Shown piece after piece: positions 60,847-64,000 of a stretch of DNA of 64,000 bases. Source of the stretch: Piromyces finnis finn. Its lineage: Eukaryota > Fungi > Neocallimastigomycota. Under the pieces are notes generated by a model. The model saw only the letters and a program-made list of their open reading frames with translations. It had not been told where the DNA came from and searched no databases. The first letter of the stretch is position 1. Every line of letters starts with the position of its first letter. The position numbers and the translations under genes were made by a program. The stretch lies in assembly GCA_002104945.1 (NCBI GenBank), contig MCFH01000027.1:310001-374000 (forward strand), given 5' to 3'.

Positions 60847-61554
60847 ATGTTCAAAAAAATTTGTATTAAAGACTTAAACGTTACTCTATATTTTAATATG
60901 GATGAAAAAAATGAAACGGACTTTTCTCAACAACGGTCAGTTCCTATTATTATTTATAATTCATATAATAGTGATGCTAAGGAACTTTGGGATGAATGTT
61001 TAAAAATGAATTGTTCAGAATTTGTATTAGTAGTGGTTGAAGTTGTTCATTGGAATGATAGTATGACACCTTTCCCATCCGAACCAATATTTAATAAGTC
61101 TACAGAAGGTTATGGAGGAATGGCAGACGATTATATAAATTTTATTTTAGAAGACCTTATTCCTACCGTGGAACAATTCTTTAAACCAGAATATTATGCT
61201 ATTACCGGTTACTCCTTATCTGGTCTATTTTCAGTATATTGTATGTATAAAACCGACAAATTTTCTCGAGTTCTTTCAGGTTCTGGTTCTTTTTGGTATC
61301 CAGGTTTTATGGATTATATTGCAAATACTCCATTAAAAGTAAATATTGATACCACAAAGGTTTACCTTTCTTTAGGTAATAAAGAAAAGAAAACAGGAAA
61401 TAAAGTGTTAAAAACCATAGAAACTGAAACATTAAAATATAGAGATTATTTATCAGAACAAAAAGTTAATTTTAAATTTGAATTTAATCAAGGGGGTCAT
61501 TTTAATGATGTTATTAGTAGAATTGCCAAAGGTATTAAATGGCTTTTAGAATAA
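60847..61554 (+). CDS. Alpha/beta-hydrolase, putative esterase family, intronless, bacterial-like
   Basis: Nucleophile elbow GYSLSG, C-terminal GGHF catalytic His, and the motifs GG.ADDYINFILEDLIP and SGSGSFWYPGF. Confidence 0.85.
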   Translation: MFKKICIKDLNVTLYFNMDEKNETDFSQQRSVPIIIYNSYNSDAKELWDECLKMNCSEFVLVVVEVVHWNDSMTPFPSEPIFNKSTEGYGGMADDYINFILEDLIPTVEQFFKPEYYAITGYSLSGLFSVYCMYKTDKFSRVLSGSGSFWYPGFMDYIANTPLKVNIDTTKVYLSLGNKEKKTGNKVLKTIETETLKYRDYLSEQKVNFKFEFNQGGHFNDVISRIAKGIKWLLE

Positions 61555-62106
61555 GCTCATGCAATAATAAATTAATTTCAAATTAAAAAAAAAAAAGAAA
61601 TCTATGACACTATCATCTATTAATTTAATAAAAAGTTATATAAATAAATTTATTAAAAAACTATTAAAAAACTTCATTAGTTTATAGGAAATCTTTATGA
61701 AATTCACTTTTTTCAATCTGTAGCTAAAATTTGATAAAAATAATAAAATACACACGAATATTCATATTTATTCTTTGATAACATTACAATATTAGTAATA
61801 TAAATAAATAATAACAACAATAATAATAAAAACAAAATTTAATTTTTAAATTATGTTTTCATTCATTTTACTTTACTTTATTTGTTCGTATTTAAATTGA
61901 ATTTTTTTATTTTTTATTTTTATTTTATTTTATTTTTTTTTATGAATATTGTTGTTAATCTAGTTAAAATCATCTATTTAACCTAATATTATCATCTCTA
62001 AATTATAAAAAAAAAAAAAAATTTTTTTTTCATAGAATAAAAAACTGAAATTATTTATAAACTAAATAATTATTGTAATTAACAATTAGTTATTTTATTT
62101 TCTAAA

Positions 62107-62144
<38 letters not shown>

Positions 62145-62477
62145 TCTTTTGTTCTATTAAATAAATAATATATACTTTTAGTAGTGTATATACTTTTTGA
62201 TTATTTCTTTTTCTATTATCAATTTTAAATAACTTAATTTAGATTTTTTTGATAGGCGTTTTATATAAAAGATTGACTAATAATAATTGTGTATAAATCA
62301 TTTCTTGTTGGGGTATAAGAATTAATTGATATTATGATGATGATGATGATGATGTTATTACGCTTTTTTGAAAGTTTTCGTTTTCTTCAAAATTGTCAAT
62401 TTTTTTTATGCAATTTTAAATTACAGGGGGGGGGGGGAGGAGGTTTATTGGGATATTCTTCCTTATTTTTATTCACT

Positions 62478-64000
62478 CTAAACATTATCCAAGAATCTTT
62501 GTCTTTTCTTCATATTTTCTTTATGTTCATAACGTCTAAGATAGGCCTTTAATAATTCAATAATAACTAATTGAATAATTAAACCAATAATGATACCTAA
62601 CCAAGCTTGCCAGTTAATATCATAATTTTCTAAGAAATCAGAAATACCCGGTACATAGATACCGATAAGCATTAATACAAAAGATAATAAGTTAGCACCA
62701 ATTAACCATTTATTGTCCCAGATACCAGTACGGAAAATACTAGTACTAACACTACGACTATGGAAGGCTTGAATTAATTGAAGAGTAATTAAACCAGCAA
62801 AAGCAACAGTTTGAGCATATTGGAATTGAGTACAGTCCTTAGCTTTACCAAGAATTTCAGTTTCCTTACCTAACATATAAAGACCAAAGGAGACACCAGC
62901 TTGAATTGTACCTTGTAAAACAGCTGAAATAGTTGTTGGAACGTTAAGTACTCCTGCTTTTGGATCATTTGGATAACGCTCCATAACATCACGTTCTGGT
63001 GGTTCTAAACCAAGAGCTGTAGCTGGTGGTACATCAGCAATAATATTTGCCCATAAAATCATAATGGTAGTGAATGGAAGTGGAATGTTGAAAATGGTAC
63101 AGACCATCATTAATTGAATTTCAGCAGAGTTACAACTTAAAAGGTAAATAATGAATTTTAAAATATTATCATAGACTCTTCTACCTTCACGAATGGCTTC
63201 AACAATAGTAGAGAAGTTATCATCAGCTAAGACAATATCAGCGGCTTGTTTAGTAATTTCTGTACCACTTAAACCCATAGCAATACCAACATCAGCTTTT
63301 TTAATGGCTGGAGCATCATTTACGCCATCACCAGTCATGGCATCCAATTCACCACGAGCTTGAAGAGCCTTGACAATTTTTAATTTATTATCTGGACTAA
63401 CACGTGCAAAGACCGATGGGAATGGTTTTAATTCGGCAATAGCATCATCGGATAATAAATCCAATTCACTACCCTTCATGGTACGTTGCATACTAACATT
63501 ATCTGGATCAATAATACCTAATTGACGAGCAATGGCTGAAGCAGTAGTAACATGATCACCAGTAATCATAATAACACGAATACCAGCAGTTTTACAGGTA
63601 GCAATACTTTCACGAACACCCTTCTTTGGTGGATCAATAAGACCAATTAAACCAATAAAGGAAAGTTGGGTTTCAGATTTTTCCATTTTTTCGGATTTTA
63701 CGATATCTTCGGCTTCTTCATGACCAACTTTACGAATAGCAAGAGCTAAAACTCTAAGACCACGACTAGCCATTTGTTCATTACGAGTAGCAATAAGAGC
63801 TTTAATTTCATTGGTTAATTCTTTTTGTTCACCATTTATTAATTCGCTCAAGGAACCGTGACCGGCGGCGGTAGATGGAACATAACTAATAGAACGTTGA
63901 AGAATAGCTTCTGGTGCACCCTTAGCTAAAACTATTGAGGTATTTGGAATTGGAGAGGCAGCATTAGCATTTTGAGCAGTCATATCGGTTTCACCGGTAG
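62478..64000 (-). CDS. P2-type cation-transporting ATPase, C-terminal half (5' part lies outside the window); ENA-like Na+/K+ or Ca2+ pump
   Basis: KGAPE; GLIGLIDPPK; MITGDH; FARVSPDNK; MTGDGVNDAPA; YLLSCNSAE; ALGLEP; several C-terminal TM helices. Confidence 0.92.
   Translation of the reverse strand, partial: TGETDMTAQNANAASPIPNTSIVLAKGAPEAILQRSISYVPSTAAGHGSLSELINGEQKELTNEIKALIATRNEQMASRGLRVLALAIRKVGHEEAEDIVKSEKMEKSETQLSFIGLIGLIDPPKKGVRESIATCKTAGIRVIMITGDHVTTASAIARQLGIIDPDNVSMQRTMKGSELDLLSDDAIAELKPFPSVFARVSPDNKLKIVKALQARGELDAMTGDGVNDAPAIKKADVGIAMGLSGTEITKQAADIVLADDNFSTIVEAIREGRRVYDNILKFIIYLLSCNSAEIQLMMVCTIFNIPLPFTTIMILWANIIADVPPATALGLEPPERDVMERYPNDPKAGVLNVPTTISAVLQGTIQAGVSFGLYMLGKETEILGKAKDCTQFQYAQTVAFAGLITLQLIQAFHSRSVSTSIFRTGIWDNKWLIGANLLSFVLMLIGIYVPGISDFLENYDINWQAWLGIIIGLIIQLVIIELLKAYLRRYEHKENMKKRQRFLDNV

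Overview
Extremely AT-rich, intron-containing eukaryotic DNA. The fungal dockerin (CBM10)-GH6 cellulases point to an anaerobic gut fungus (Neocallimastigomycota). The left 23 kb holds housekeeping and related genes: a mucin-like membrane protein, TGS1, a multi-BRCT protein, a stand-alone MEKHLA protein, HEN1, a J-domain protein and YSH1/CPSF73. Next come a tandem pair of bacterial-type SPFH genes. Two convergent dockerin-GH6 genes then enclose a nest of five copies of one non-LTR retrotransposon (APE-RT) family: one intact, one full-length with a nonsense codon, one older copy split by the intact one, and two relics. A sixth, 5'-truncated copy lies at 24 kb. The right end carries a coiled-coil gene, a bacterial-type esterase and a partial P2-type ATPase. 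The strongest unexplained signal is the retroelement's 5' leader. It has two 124-nt monomers whose internal differences all preserve base pairing, a possible pseudoknot, a hairpin present three times, a palindromic loop and an apparently retained spliceosomal intron. Downstream is a single ORF with an RRM-like domain fused to endonuclease and RT. All alignments and folds were done by eye, and splice boundaries are manual estimates.
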